Under the pieces are notes generated by a model, which saw only the letters and a list, made by a program, of their open reading frames with translations, searched no databases and was not told the origin of the DNA. 64,000 nt of DNA from Cyanobacteriota bacterium (GTDB taxonomy: Bacteria > Cyanobacteriota > Cyanobacteriia > Thermostichales > Thermostichaceae): NCBI GenBank assembly GCA_033764955.1, contig JANRIL010000029.1:1-64000 (forward strand). Reading direction: 5' to 3'. Positions within the stretch are counted from its first letter, which is position 1; every line of letters begins with the position of its first letter. The position numbers and the translations under genes were made by a program. Positions 1 to 9,923 of this stretch are shown piece after piece.

Positions 1-58
1 CTACTGCGGCTATCTTACTTGAGGGGTCGCCCTCCGGAAATCTTGCTCGATGCCAGGT
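1..58 (+). rRNA. rrf: 5S rRNA, 3' half (truncated by window start)
   Basis: TGCGGC...GAGGGGTCGCCCTC...GCTCGATGCCAGGT matches the 3' half of cyanobacterial 5S rRNA: helix IV stem GAGGG/CCCTC with a GTCG loop and the terminal GCCAGG. A terminator hairpin follows. Confidence 0.8.
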
Positions 59-67
59 CATTATCCC

Positions 68-103
68 CAAAATCCCCTCAGTATCCTTACCGAGGGGATT
101 TTG
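68..103. terminator. Intrinsic terminator, probably bidirectional (rrn operon / pheA)
   Basis: Perfect 12-bp inverted repeat CAAAATCCCCTC (68-79) / GAGGGGATTTTG (92-103), extendable by GTA/TAC, with T-runs on both strands. Lies between the convergent 5S and pheA genes. Confidence 0.8.
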
Positions 104-141
104 CTCCTCTTATCCCTAAACAATACTCTCCACCTCTTTGA

Positions 142-1002
142 CTATTGCAACTCAATCCGACAATAACTTCCAAGGATTTTTAGGGTTTCACATATTTCTT
201 GTAATACCATAACAATACTATTTGGAAGTCTTTTGTATTGAGGATGTTCTAAATCAATAAAAAAAACATAGGTGCCAGCAGATTTTTTTGTGGGTCGTGA
301 TTCAATCCTTGACATGTTAATTTCCTGATCAGCAAAGACCTGTAAGGGTCTGAGTAATGCTCCCGGAATATTTTGTGGAAGGCTAAATGCTAAAGAGGTC
401 ATTATTCCTACCTGTTCAGAAAAATTTTTGTTGTGCTTGATGACCCAAAAACGAGTTTTATTATCTGGGTGATCGTTAATGGATTTGTAAAGAATTGGTA
501 TGTTGTAAAGCTCTGCTGCCCTTTCTGAGCCAATGACAGCTAGTTCGGGATTGGTCTTAAGCTTATCTAGTGCCTCAGTTGTAGAGTTACTAGAGACTTG
601 TTCAGCATGTGGAAGGTAATCATGAAGCCAAAGTTGACATTGACCCAGAGCTTGTGGGTGAGTAATAACGGTCTGGATATTTTGTAGATTGGTGCTTTGG
701 GAAATCAGAGCATGCCGAATGGGTAGAACTAGCTCATATTGAATATGTAAGTCTGGTAAACGCCAAAGTGTGTCAAGGGTCATGGCAACCCCCCCTTCAA
801 TTGAATTTTCAACGGGAACAATAGCCCAGTCTACATGGTCATTTTTTACTGCTTCGAGTACGGAACTGATCGTTAGACATGGGATAAGCTGCATTGGAAC
901 TTTATCTGAATTTTTCTGGTTAGATATAGCGGCTAGAGCAGCTATTTCACTATAAGTTCCTGGAGGGCCAAGATAAGCAATAGTCTCAGGTGAAATAGTC
1001 AT
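142..1002 (-). CDS. pheA: Prephenate dehydratase
   Basis: Motifs YLGPPGTYSE, VPVENSIEG, THPQALGQC, NKTRF and an ACT domain with INMSRIESRP. Confidence 0.95.
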   Translation of the reverse strand: MTISPETIAYLGPPGTYSEIAALAAISNQKNSDKVPMQLIPCLTISSVLEAVKNDHVDWAIVPVENSIEGGVAMTLDTLWRLPDLHIQYELVLPIRHALISQSTNLQNIQTVITHPQALGQCQLWLHDYLPHAEQVSSNSTTEALDKLKTNPELAVIGSERAAELYNIPILYKSINDHPDNKTRFWVIKHNKNFSEQVGIMTSLAFSLPQNIPGALLRPLQVFADQEINMSRIESRPTKKSAGTYVFFIDLEHPQYKRLPNSIVMVLQEICETLKILGSYCRIELQ

Positions 1003-1609
1003 TAGGAAGGTTGTGTAAGAATTGGTTTTGATTGAAGGTGATTGTGATTATTAGTTTATATTTCGGAATGAAATGTTATGAGTAATAAGCTTAAACTCCT
1101 TCGATAAAAGGCATCCATTCCATTGGGAAAACTACTCGACTAGATTAATATAACAGTATCAACTAGTGATATCAACCCAGATGTCACCATATACGATAAA
1201 GCTCATGACGCAATAGTTGATCACTGACTTGAACCTAAAGCTAATATGCATTCGATAAAAATTACTGAAACTCTATCACCGAGAGCGTCATAATAATTTG
1301 GGAAAATTTCATTTGCTTGCATTGCAGTTTTTGGGACTTATCAAATTCACTCCTCAAAAGTCAATTTGGCCAGTTTGGTAATGGACAGCCTGCTAATGTG
1401 GGATGACAAATATAGTACTAATGATTAAACCTGAGAAAAGCCTACGGAGGACAGCCTCGATTTTAGCTGTGTGCCGCCTGCCTCTTACAGACTCAATACC
1501 CGGATGGGAGATGAGGTTATATAAATGGATGGGGTTGAGGGGATCCACTGATTGAGGGTGACACAAAGGATACTAACTGCTGCCTAACTTAGCTAATGGT
1601 TAACCGTAT

Positions 1610-4045
1610 ATGGACAATTTTGCCTGTACAGACTACCGCTTTGATCAAAATATCTTAGATTTGAATGGTTCGGTGATTTTCTTCCCAGTTCGGCACCATA
1701 GTCCGACAGCGGCTCGTCTTTTGCAACATTTGCTGCGGGAGAAACGCCCTCAAGCCATTTTGATTGAGGGGCCTTGTGATTTTAATGAGCAACTTTCTGA
1801 ACTTTTGTTGCCCCACCAGTTGCCGATTGCCATCTACAGCTACACGACAATGGAAGATGGAGGGCGGCGAGGGGCTTTTTATCCTTTTTGTCTCTACTCG
1901 CCTGAATGGCAGGCTCTACAGATCGGCCATGAATTGGGATCCCATCTGCAATTTATTGATCTGAGTTGGCAGACGTTATCGACGATTGCTCAGGTTAGTC
2001 AACGCTATGCCGATGGACAGTTGCGGGAGAGTCCTTATATCAGAAGGCTATGTCAACAGTTAGGCGTCGAAACTTTTGATGATCTTTGGGATACCTTATT
2101 TGAGATTGATCCGGCTTTGAGCCTGCTGGATTACTTGGAGCGCTGCCATCTCTTGTGCTGGCATATTCGGTTGACTAGTGAAGTGGTTTCTTTGGAAGAT
2201 CGCCAACGGGAAGCCTTCATGCTCAGGCAAATTCAGGCAGTTAGCCAGACGGGAGTTGATTCTATAGTAGTGGTGACGGGGGGCTTTCACAGCTATGCCC
2301 TCTATACTGCTTGGCAGGGATCCCCTTTTCCTTCTCCAGCTACTCCAAATGAGGGATTCTCTGAGGACCAGGGAATTGATCAGGCCGTAGGATCCCCAGA
2401 GCCACTCCTAGGGGGTGAGGAGGATGATCTCCTCACCCGGTATTCCTCTCCTCGATCGGGCATCGCTCTCACCCCCTATTCGTATAACCGCCTCGACAGC
2501 CTGACCGGATATGAAGCGGGGATGCCGGGGCCAGGGTTTTATCACATGGTTTGGGAGTCTCGCCAAGCCGGACAAGGGGAGATTCACCCACCCCTTTTGG
2601 CACAGGTCACCCAAGCTCTCCGCCGCCAAAAGCAACCGGTGAGTGCCGCAGACTGGATTGCGGTAGAGACCACCGCTAAGGCTTTGGCACTGCTACGGGG
2701 ACATGCCCAGGTATGGCGGCAGGATTTGCTGGACGGGATCCTTTCCGCTTTGGTCAAAGATGAGGTGACCTATCATATTCCTCACCCCTTTTTGCTTGCT
2801 ACTCAAGAAGTTTTGCGGGGAAGTGAACGAGGGAAACTCGCCCTTGGCACCTCTCTACCTCCCCTCGTCGTTCACTTGCAGCAATTGCTCAACGAGTGGG
2901 ATCTAGAACCTAGCTTGAGCCGTCGTTCTCTGGATCTAGATTTAACACAAGCCAGCGATCTGACCCGCAGCCGCCTCCTCTACCAATTGAAAACCTTAGG
3001 GATCCCAGGCTTTAGTCGGCAGGGAGGAACCGATTGGATCGAGCGGGGGGAGCTACTCCGCCTTTGGGAACGTTGGCAAATTATCTGGACTCCCAATTTC
3101 GAGGCAGGCTGTATCGAAGCCGCCATTTATGGATCCACCCTGTTGGAAGCCGCCCAAGCCAGTTTGCTGGAAAAAGTGGCCTCACTAGAGGGGAATGCCG
3201 AGCAGGGATCCCTGCTGTTATTGGAGTCCTGTTTGATGGGATTTAGTCAACTCTGTCCCACATTTCAAGTAGAACTAGGGGTGAGTTTATTGAATATCAT
3301 CCGCCAAGATCAGGAATTTGGACGGGTAACTAAGGGATTGGGGCATCTGCTCTATTTGTATTGTTATGACGAGGTGTTAGGGGCAGCCGGTCACCTCCCG
3401 ATTGCTCTTGTCTTAGCAGAAACCTGGGAGCGCAGTCTATGGTTGCTGGAAAGCTTGGGGCAAGTCACCGAACCTCAGCCAATTCTGGTCGGACTTAAAA
3501 CCTTGCTAGAAACCTGGGAACGCTGCGCTTCTCTAGCCCATTTGGATCGAGATTACTTTGTGCAGGTGCTAGAACGGGTTGGTCACCATCCAGGACAACT
3601 GCCCATGCTGAGGGGGGCTGCGGTGGGATCCCTGTGGGTGTTGGGGGTGACTGTGCCTGAGTTTGTCCGAGCCCAATTGCAGTCGTTTGCTCAACCCGAA
3701 CATCTGGGTGACTTCTTGACCGGTTTGTTTGCGCTAGCCAGAGAATTGGTGCAACGTCATCCCGATTTGGTGGTGAGCATTGATCAGGTGATGGTGGGTT
3801 TCTCTGCCTCCGAATTTCTGGAAGCCCTGCCAGCCCTCCGCCTTGCCTTCACCTACTTCACTCCCCGCGAAAAAGTCCATTTGATCCAAACCCTCCTCAA
3901 AGCCACGGCTCCCCCCGATCAGCCGCCCCTGAGTCTGGCGGATCTCCCTCCTTTAGATGTGGATGCCACCACGGCGGCAGAGGTCATGGCTTTTGAAACC
4001 CGCCTCTTTGCCGCCGCGGAACGCTATGGGATCCGACATTATTGA
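1610..4045 (+). CDS. DUF5682 (YehM-like) family protein
   Basis: PVRHHSP, ILIEGP, YSPEWQA, REAFM, VVTGGFH and GYEAGMPGPGFY motifs; 811 aa. Confidence 0.8.
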   Translation: MDNFACTDYRFDQNILDLNGSVIFFPVRHHSPTAARLLQHLLREKRPQAILIEGPCDFNEQLSELLLPHQLPIAIYSYTTMEDGGRRGAFYPFCLYSPEWQALQIGHELGSHLQFIDLSWQTLSTIAQVSQRYADGQLRESPYIRRLCQQLGVETFDDLWDTLFEIDPALSLLDYLERCHLLCWHIRLTSEVVSLEDRQREAFMLRQIQAVSQTGVDSIVVVTGGFHSYALYTAWQGSPFPSPATPNEGFSEDQGIDQAVGSPEPLLGGEEDDLLTRYSSPRSGIALTPYSYNRLDSLTGYEAGMPGPGFYHMVWESRQAGQGEIHPPLLAQVTQALRRQKQPVSAADWIAVETTAKALALLRGHAQVWRQDLLDGILSALVKDEVTYHIPHPFLLATQEVLRGSERGKLALGTSLPPLVVHLQQLLNEWDLEPSLSRRSLDLDLTQASDLTRSRLLYQLKTLGIPGFSRQGGTDWIERGELLRLWERWQIIWTPNFEAGCIEAAIYGSTLLEAAQASLLEKVASLEGNAEQGSLLLLESCLMGFSQLCPTFQVELGVSLLNIIRQDQEFGRVTKGLGHLLYLYCYDEVLGAAGHLPIALVLAETWERSLWLLESLGQVTEPQPILVGLKTLLETWERCASLAHLDRDYFVQVLERVGHHPGQLPMLRGAAVGSLWVLGVTVPEFVRAQLQSFAQPEHLGDFLTGLFALARELVQRHPDLVVSIDQVMVGFSASEFLEALPALRLAFTYFTPREKVHLIQTLLKATAPPDQPPLSLADLPPLDVDATTAAEVMAFETRLFAAAERYGIRHY

Positions 4046-4116
4046 TCCCCCCATTTCCGATGAAGCTCTAAACCGCAGACCCAATCCTCTCGATCCAACA
4101 GATTTAACCAATAGAC

Positions 4117-4458
4117 TCAATAAGTAGGAATGGCGGGATCCACCCGCTCTGACCAGGCTTGGATTCCGCCGGAGATATTGATGACTGGATGAAAGCCCTG
4201 TTGTCTTAACCATTCAGCTACCTGGGCGGAACGGATCCCGTGGTGGCAAAGAACATAGGTTGGCCGATCCGGCTGCAAATCCTTCAGGATCTGCTCATGC
4301 CATGCCTCAAACTCGCTGAGGGGATAATGGCGAAACCCCAGATGATTGAGATTGGCTAATCGCAGTTCAATCGCTTCTCGCACATCGATCAGTTGATAGG
4401 CGTCGCCGTTGGTTTGCAAAGTGTGCTGAAAATCCTCTACCGAGATAAAACCTGTCAT
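4117..4458 (-). CDS. Single-domain rhodanese-like sulfurtransferase
   Basis: LIDVRE, active-site loop CHHGIRS, NISGGIQAW. Confidence 0.9.
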   Translation of the reverse strand: MTGFISVEDFQHTLQTNGDAYQLIDVREAIELRLANLNHLGFRHYPLSEFEAWHEQILKDLQPDRPTYVLCHHGIRSAQVAEWLRQQGFHPVINISGGIQAWSERVDPAIPTY

Positions 4459-4522
4459 AGTTAAAGTTAACGTCCTTAGTATTTATGGTTGCTGCTCTTG
4501 CCAATGGATTGAGGTCAAGCGA

Positions 4523-5767
4523 GTGGGTATTTTGGGATCTCTGAGCCGTGATATCCAGCGCAATCTGGTGATCTTGTTTATGGCTGGGCTGTTTTTTTGG
4601 GCGAGCTTAGGGGCTTTGTTGCCGACGTTGCCCCTCTACGTTAGCAATGCGGGGGGAACCAGTCAGGATATTGGCTTGGTCATGGGATCCTTTTCCATTG
4701 GATTGATTGCCTCTCGTTCTTGGTTGGGGCGGTTGTCCGATCGGCGTAGTCGCAAGTTGGTGTTGTTGATTGGCATGATGGCGCTGATTTTACCTCCCCT
4801 TGGCTATATGTTCATCAACAACGTGCTGGGGTTAATGGTAATTCGGGCACTCCACGGCATCAGCATCGCCGCTTTTGCCACGGGCTATATCACCTTAGTG
4901 GTGGATATCTCTCCCGCCAGCCATCGCGGTGAGGTGTTGGGCTATATGAGCTTGGTGAATCCGGTGGGGATTGCCATTGGTCCAGCTATTGGGGGGTTGA
5001 TGGAGGCATCATGGGGATATTCACCCCTCTTTCTCTTTGCCTCCGGCTTAGGGGTGGCCGGATTTGGGGCAACGTTGCTGGTTAGAGAAGTCGCCTCTGT
5101 TCCCGTCCAGAACCCCGACGCCATGCCCTTTTGGAGTTTGTTGCAACGCCCTAGCATTTTTTCTCTGACCTTGGTCATGTTATTGATTGGTTTAGCGTTT
5201 GGCACCGAAAGTACATTTGTCAGCCTGCTCATTCAAGAGGCGGAGGTGGATCTCAACCCAGGACTTTTCTATACCGCTGCCGCCTTTGCCAGTTTCGCCA
5301 TTCGCCTGTTAACGGGTCGAGCCTCTGACCGCTATGGGCGGGGGTTATTCATCACTATCAGCTTGATCCTCTACACCGTTGCGATGGCGATTTTGTGGAA
5401 GGCTACCTCAGTGCTGGCTTTTGTCCTATCCGCCTTGTTAGCTGGGGCAGGCTTTGGCATCCTCATCCCCATGGTTTCGGCGTTGGTGGCGGATCGTAGT
5501 GAAGCTCATGAACGGGGACGAATGCTTGGTTTGTGTATGACGGGGTTTGATCTGGGGATTGGGTTAGCGGGGCCGATTTTGGGATCCCTAGCCATATCAT
5601 CGGGTTATCGAGGGATGTTTGGAGCGGCAACCCTCCTGTCTGGGCTGGCCATCGGCACCTTCTTAGCTTTTTCCAATCGGGACGTGCGGCAATCTCTGCG
5701 ATTTTCCTTAGGACTCAGCCAGGATTACTACGCCACCGATGTCTTTCCGCATAATGTTGAGGCTTGA
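4523..5767 (+). CDS. MFS transporter
   Basis: About 12 hydrophobic segments; motif A-like GRLSDRRSRK and GRASDRYGRG. GTG start. Confidence 0.9.
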   Translation: MGILGSLSRDIQRNLVILFMAGLFFWASLGALLPTLPLYVSNAGGTSQDIGLVMGSFSIGLIASRSWLGRLSDRRSRKLVLLIGMMALILPPLGYMFINNVLGLMVIRALHGISIAAFATGYITLVVDISPASHRGEVLGYMSLVNPVGIAIGPAIGGLMEASWGYSPLFLFASGLGVAGFGATLLVREVASVPVQNPDAMPFWSLLQRPSIFSLTLVMLLIGLAFGTESTFVSLLIQEAEVDLNPGLFYTAAAFASFAIRLLTGRASDRYGRGLFITISLILYTVAMAILWKATSVLAFVLSALLAGAGFGILIPMVSALVADRSEAHERGRMLGLCMTGFDLGIGLAGPILGSLAISSGYRGMFGAATLLSGLAIGTFLAFSNRDVRQSLRFSLGLSQDYYATDVFPHNVEA

Positions 5768-5768
5768 T

Positions 5769-6563
5769 ATGCGGGTAGCTAGCTGGAATGTAAATTCGAT
5801 TCGGACCCGCCTCAGCCAGGTGATCGCCTGGTTGAATGCTCAGGCGACTCAAGAACCAATTGATCTTTTATGCTTACAAGAAACCAAAGTAGTGGATGCT
5901 GACTTTCCTAGCGATGAATTTACCCAGTTGGGCTATCACGTCTATGTTTCTGGGCAAAAGTCCTACAACGGGGTTGCCCTGATCAGCCGGGATCCCATCA
6001 TTGATATTCAAAAGGGATTTACATCGGTTTTGGGAACTGAAAAAGTTGGTAGTTTTGATGAGCAGAAACGTGTGATTGGCGGTTTGATTCAGGGCATCCG
6101 CGTGATCAATCTTTATGTGCCCAATGGATCCGAAGTGGGTAGTGACAAATATCAGTATAAATTAGAGTGGCTTGATCTTTTGCGAGAATATCTCACCTAT
6201 TGGCTGTCAAAACCCGACCCGCTTTGGATCTGTGGAGATTTTAATATTGCCCCAGAGGATCGAGATATTTATGATCCGAAAAAAGCGGGGGAAATCATGG
6301 CCTCGCCACCCGAAAGAGACGCCTTAGCCAAGATTGTCGGGCTGGGATTGCAGGATGTCTTTCGCAAATTTACGACAGCGGGGGGATATTTTAGCTGGTG
6401 GGACTATCGCTCGGCTGCTTTTGTGAGAAACCGAGGCTGGCGAATTGATCACCATTATCTCAGTCAATCCCTTTATGAACGGGCTAGTCAATGCGTGATT
6501 GACAGGGATCCCCGTTCTAACCCCCAGCCCAGCGATCATGCTCCGGTGATCGCCACAGTCTAA
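5769..6563 (+). CDS. xth: Exodeoxyribonuclease III
   Basis: SWNVNSIR, LQETK, YVPNG, GDFNIAP, WRIDH, SDHAPV. Start moved to the ATG at 5769, directly after the MFS stop. Confidence 0.95.
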   Translation: MRVASWNVNSIRTRLSQVIAWLNAQATQEPIDLLCLQETKVVDADFPSDEFTQLGYHVYVSGQKSYNGVALISRDPIIDIQKGFTSVLGTEKVGSFDEQKRVIGGLIQGIRVINLYVPNGSEVGSDKYQYKLEWLDLLREYLTYWLSKPDPLWICGDFNIAPEDRDIYDPKKAGEIMASPPERDALAKIVGLGLQDVFRKFTTAGGYFSWWDYRSAAFVRNRGWRIDHHYLSQSLYERASQCVIDRDPRSNPQPSDHAPVIATV

Positions 6564-6777
6564 GTTAGCTTTTGGTGGATTTTGTGAATTTTTAAGATGT
6601 CAATTGGCATCGGCGACCTGTTTGGGTTGGGCGAAGTCGGAATGGTTTGGTTCTGGGTATGGGAGGGCAAAACCAAGCGGGGGGATGACCCACTACCGGG
6701 GCTAGAACAAGGCAACCCCAGAGTGATACGGTAAGTCAGGTATGGTCAGATCCCCAGCCGAAGGCAAGTCATAGGTC

Positions 6778-8811
6778 ATGACGGAAAATAGCCAAAGTTT
6801 TTCCCCCCACTCCCCCGATCGTCAGGAACGTGCTCGCTTTCTGCAATTAGCTGGTGATCAGGTGATCAAACTGGAGCAAGGGATCCGCATGCTCACCCAC
6901 ACTCCTTTGGATCCGCAACTGCCCCGTCTCTTAGCCGAAACGACCGCCCTGATTGTCGAGGCTGCCCCCCCCCTCAACCTGGGGATTGGGCTGCAAATGG
7001 CTGAGCGACTGCAAGGTCTGTTTTTGCGGATGGAGGCGGGGAGCTATTCCGCAACCCTGGCGGAAGAATCCCTTCTGCAACATTGGTTGTTGCAAATTTT
7101 GGCAATTTTGACCCAATTGTTAGAGGCGTTCGCCAAACAGGAAGAATCCTTTGAAAAGATGGCGGAGTCCCTCTGGCAGGAGGCTGTCCCTATTTTTGAG
7201 CAGGCGGAATCCTATTTGCAGTTGGATCCTGAAATGGGTTATTCAGAAGCACAGCCACCGATGGATTCGGTTAACGCAGAAGCAGTGGAGTCAACCGTCA
7301 GTTCCCCAACGGGATCCCGTGGTTTGTTGTTGGGGCATGATCGCGGGTTAACCTTGGGGGCTACCCTAATTTTTGCGGTGGGCTTGCTGATGCGCCTCTG
7401 GCAGCTCAATCAATATGCAGCTCCCGTGTTTGATGAGGTCTATTTTCCAGAATTTGCCAAAAAATATCTGGATGGCGTCAGTTTTTATGATGTGCATCCC
7501 CCCCTCGGCAAGTATCTGATTGTTTTGGGCATTTATGCCTTTGGGCGTAACGAAATTGGCTATCGCCTCTTGACCGCTCTATTTGGGGCGCTCATCCCGG
7601 TTTTGGTAGCGGGGGTGATGTATCGCCTCACCTATCAGCGCAATTTGGCTCTTTTGGCGGGGGGATTGCTGCTCACCGATGGCCTCTTTTTGGTGGAATC
7701 TCGCTATGGGTTAATGAATGTTTTTTTGGTGGCTTTTGGCATGGCCGCTCAGATCTTTTTGTTGACCGGTCTTGAGCAACGGGGTTGGCGGCGCACCCTG
7801 CTGTTTAGCTTGTCGGGGGTGATGCTGGGATCCGCAACGGCTGTCAAGTGGAATGGTTTGTGGTTCTGTATCATGTTTGCCGGACTGGGGGTTTTAGTCT
7901 GGACGGTGGTGCTGGCTAAGCCGCAGTGGATCCCTCGCCTGGGGGTTTTGGGAGAAATTCGCCAGATGCGTTGGTGGCACTACGCTTTTTGTTTTATGGC
8001 GGTGCCTTTGCTGGTCTACTACATCCAATGGATCCCGCACATTCAGCTCAATCCCCAAAAAGACATCACGATTCGCCCTGGTTTGATTAGCGTGGTGGAC
8101 TATACCCGCTCGGTGATGGAGGTCAACAAAGCCCTCTTAAGTGGACAAACGGCTGGCAACTTGATCGTCGATGAAAACCAATCGGTACATCCCTACTGCT
8201 CCAGCAGCTTACGCTCGTTAGGATCCGCTTTTCCCGCCCTCAAGCCCTATCTAAATAATCGCTTAGCTTCGGCGGGGGCTTGGTCTTGGCCTGTCATGGC
8301 GCGTCCGGTGGGCTATTACTTCGATGGCAGCAACAATATCTGGCGGGGGGTGACGGCCATTGGCAACCCTCTCTTATGGTGGATGTCTACCGCCTCGATC
8401 CTGATTTTGGCCGTGCGGGGATTACGTCAATTTCAGATGGTAGGGGCTTATTTATTAATTGGTTATGCGGCTAATTATTTGCCCTGGTTTATTGTTAGCC
8501 GTTGTGTATTTATTTATCACTATATGAGTGCGCTGGCTTTTAGTGTTATGGCTTTGGCTCTGCTGGTTTATGAAATGGTGCATCACCCCGACCGCATTGA
8601 AAAAGCCACTGGACTGACGGTGGTCACCTCCGTTTTGCTGGCACAACTGTTTTTTATGCCCATTTGGTATGGGATCCCGTTGACGCCCGGACAGTTTTAT
8701 CAGCGCATGTGGTTCCGCGCCAATCCCATGCCGATCTTTTGTTTTTCCGAAGAGCAATGCCAGAAAACCCCCCTGCGGATCCCGGCGATTCCTGGCTTTA
8801 ACTGGATCTAG
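6778..8811 (+). CDS. Protein O-mannosyltransferase (PMT/GT39-like) with an N-terminal Hpt-like helical domain
   Basis: VFDEVYF, DVHPPLGK, ESRY, AVKWNG, HPYCS, WSWP, GNPLLWW, FIYHY motifs; multiple TM helices; about 180 extra soluble N-terminal residues. Confidence 0.85.
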   Translation: MTENSQSFSPHSPDRQERARFLQLAGDQVIKLEQGIRMLTHTPLDPQLPRLLAETTALIVEAAPPLNLGIGLQMAERLQGLFLRMEAGSYSATLAEESLLQHWLLQILAILTQLLEAFAKQEESFEKMAESLWQEAVPIFEQAESYLQLDPEMGYSEAQPPMDSVNAEAVESTVSSPTGSRGLLLGHDRGLTLGATLIFAVGLLMRLWQLNQYAAPVFDEVYFPEFAKKYLDGVSFYDVHPPLGKYLIVLGIYAFGRNEIGYRLLTALFGALIPVLVAGVMYRLTYQRNLALLAGGLLLTDGLFLVESRYGLMNVFLVAFGMAAQIFLLTGLEQRGWRRTLLFSLSGVMLGSATAVKWNGLWFCIMFAGLGVLVWTVVLAKPQWIPRLGVLGEIRQMRWWHYAFCFMAVPLLVYYIQWIPHIQLNPQKDITIRPGLISVVDYTRSVMEVNKALLSGQTAGNLIVDENQSVHPYCSSSLRSLGSAFPALKPYLNNRLASAGAWSWPVMARPVGYYFDGSNNIWRGVTAIGNPLLWWMSTASILILAVRGLRQFQMVGAYLLIGYAANYLPWFIVSRCVFIYHYMSALAFSVMALALLVYEMVHHPDRIEKATGLTVVTSVLLAQLFFMPIWYGIPLTPGQFYQRMWFRANPMPIFCFSEEQCQKTPLRIPAIPGFNWI

Positions 8812-8841
8812 CCTGAGATGCCATCAGGACGGTTAGCCCTG

Positions 8842-9741
8842 CTATCGCTGGGGGCTGAGAATGACCACCGTATTAAGTAACAAAGCCAGCAGAATGAAGG
8901 TCATCCCTAGAGTTTCTAAGGGGGTCGGTTGTTCCCCTAGTTGCCAAGCAGCAGCCAAAACCCCGACCACGGGCGTAGCTAATGTGCCCAGACCCGCCAT
9001 CCCAGCGGGTAAACGACTGAGGGCATAGAACCACAGCAGCCAAGCCACCATCGTGCTAGGGATCACGCTGTAAAGCAGAACTCCCCAAAATGGCAACGAC
9101 CACTCAATCGTTGGACTAGGGATCCCCCAGGCCAGCAGCACTAGGGGCAAGCTACCCAGAAGCATCTGCCAGGTGGTGAAAGAAAGCACATCCAAAGGCT
9201 GCCGCTGTTGTAGTTTCTTCGCTACAATAATTCCCGCCGCCCAACTGAGGCTGGATAAGAACGCCAGTCCTTTGCTCTGCAAATCTTCCCCCAACCGCAG
9301 AGGCATCAGGATCAGCACTAAACCCACCAGTGCCACTACGACCGCTAGGATTTGCCAACGACGTAACCGTTCTCCCAGCATCGGCCAAGCCAAGAGCAAT
9401 ACCCAAAAGGGCATAGCATAGTTGAGGATAGCGGCTTTGCTGGCTTCCCCACTGGCCAGAGCCAAAGAGGTTAACCCATAAAAACCCGTGGTTTGTAAAA
9501 ATCCCGTCAGAGCCGTGCCCAACCAAACCTGTGGCCAAAGGGGTTTACGAGCGATCCACAGCACCAGCCAAAGACCGATTCCCCCCAGCGCTGATCGGAG
9601 AGCGGCATAATCCAGTGGGGATGCGTACTGAACTCCCAGTTTCATCACCACCCAGTTGTATCCCCAAATAAAAACCAGAGCCAGTAGAGCCAGCAGAGGG
9701 GATCGATCGACGGCAGGGGAGGATGAAGAAGAATCCGACAT
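8842..9741 (-). CDS. DMT/EamA family transporter
   Basis: IWGYNW, two EamA repeats (LGERL, LGEQP), about 10 TM segments. Confidence 0.9.
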   Translation of the reverse strand: MSDSSSSSPAVDRSPLLALLALVFIWGYNWVVMKLGVQYASPLDYAALRSALGGIGLWLVLWIARKPLWPQVWLGTALTGFLQTTGFYGLTSLALASGEASKAAILNYAMPFWVLLLAWPMLGERLRRWQILAVVVALVGLVLILMPLRLGEDLQSKGLAFLSSLSWAAGIIVAKKLQQRQPLDVLSFTTWQMLLGSLPLVLLAWGIPSPTIEWSLPFWGVLLYSVIPSTMVAWLLWFYALSRLPAGMAGLGTLATPVVGVLAAAWQLGEQPTPLETLGMTFILLALLLNTVVILSPQR

Positions 9742-9923
9742 GCTGGGGGCTAGACACAGGCTACTATCCTAAGCGAGACCAACCGAGAGGGGGATGGAGA
9801 CGAACACTCAAGAATGCTGAATGGTGGGTGTTTTGGATCGGCTCAGGGAGGATTCTTATGGATAGATTGATAAGCATGTAGATACATTGCGTTGCTGTCT
9901 GAACAATCTTCTGGTGTTGCCCT

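Noticed and set aside
1003..1609. 600-bp AT-rich gap that might hold an ncRNA or IS remnant
   Set aside because: I found no convincing stem-loop, inverted repeat or ORF; treated as a divergent promoter region.
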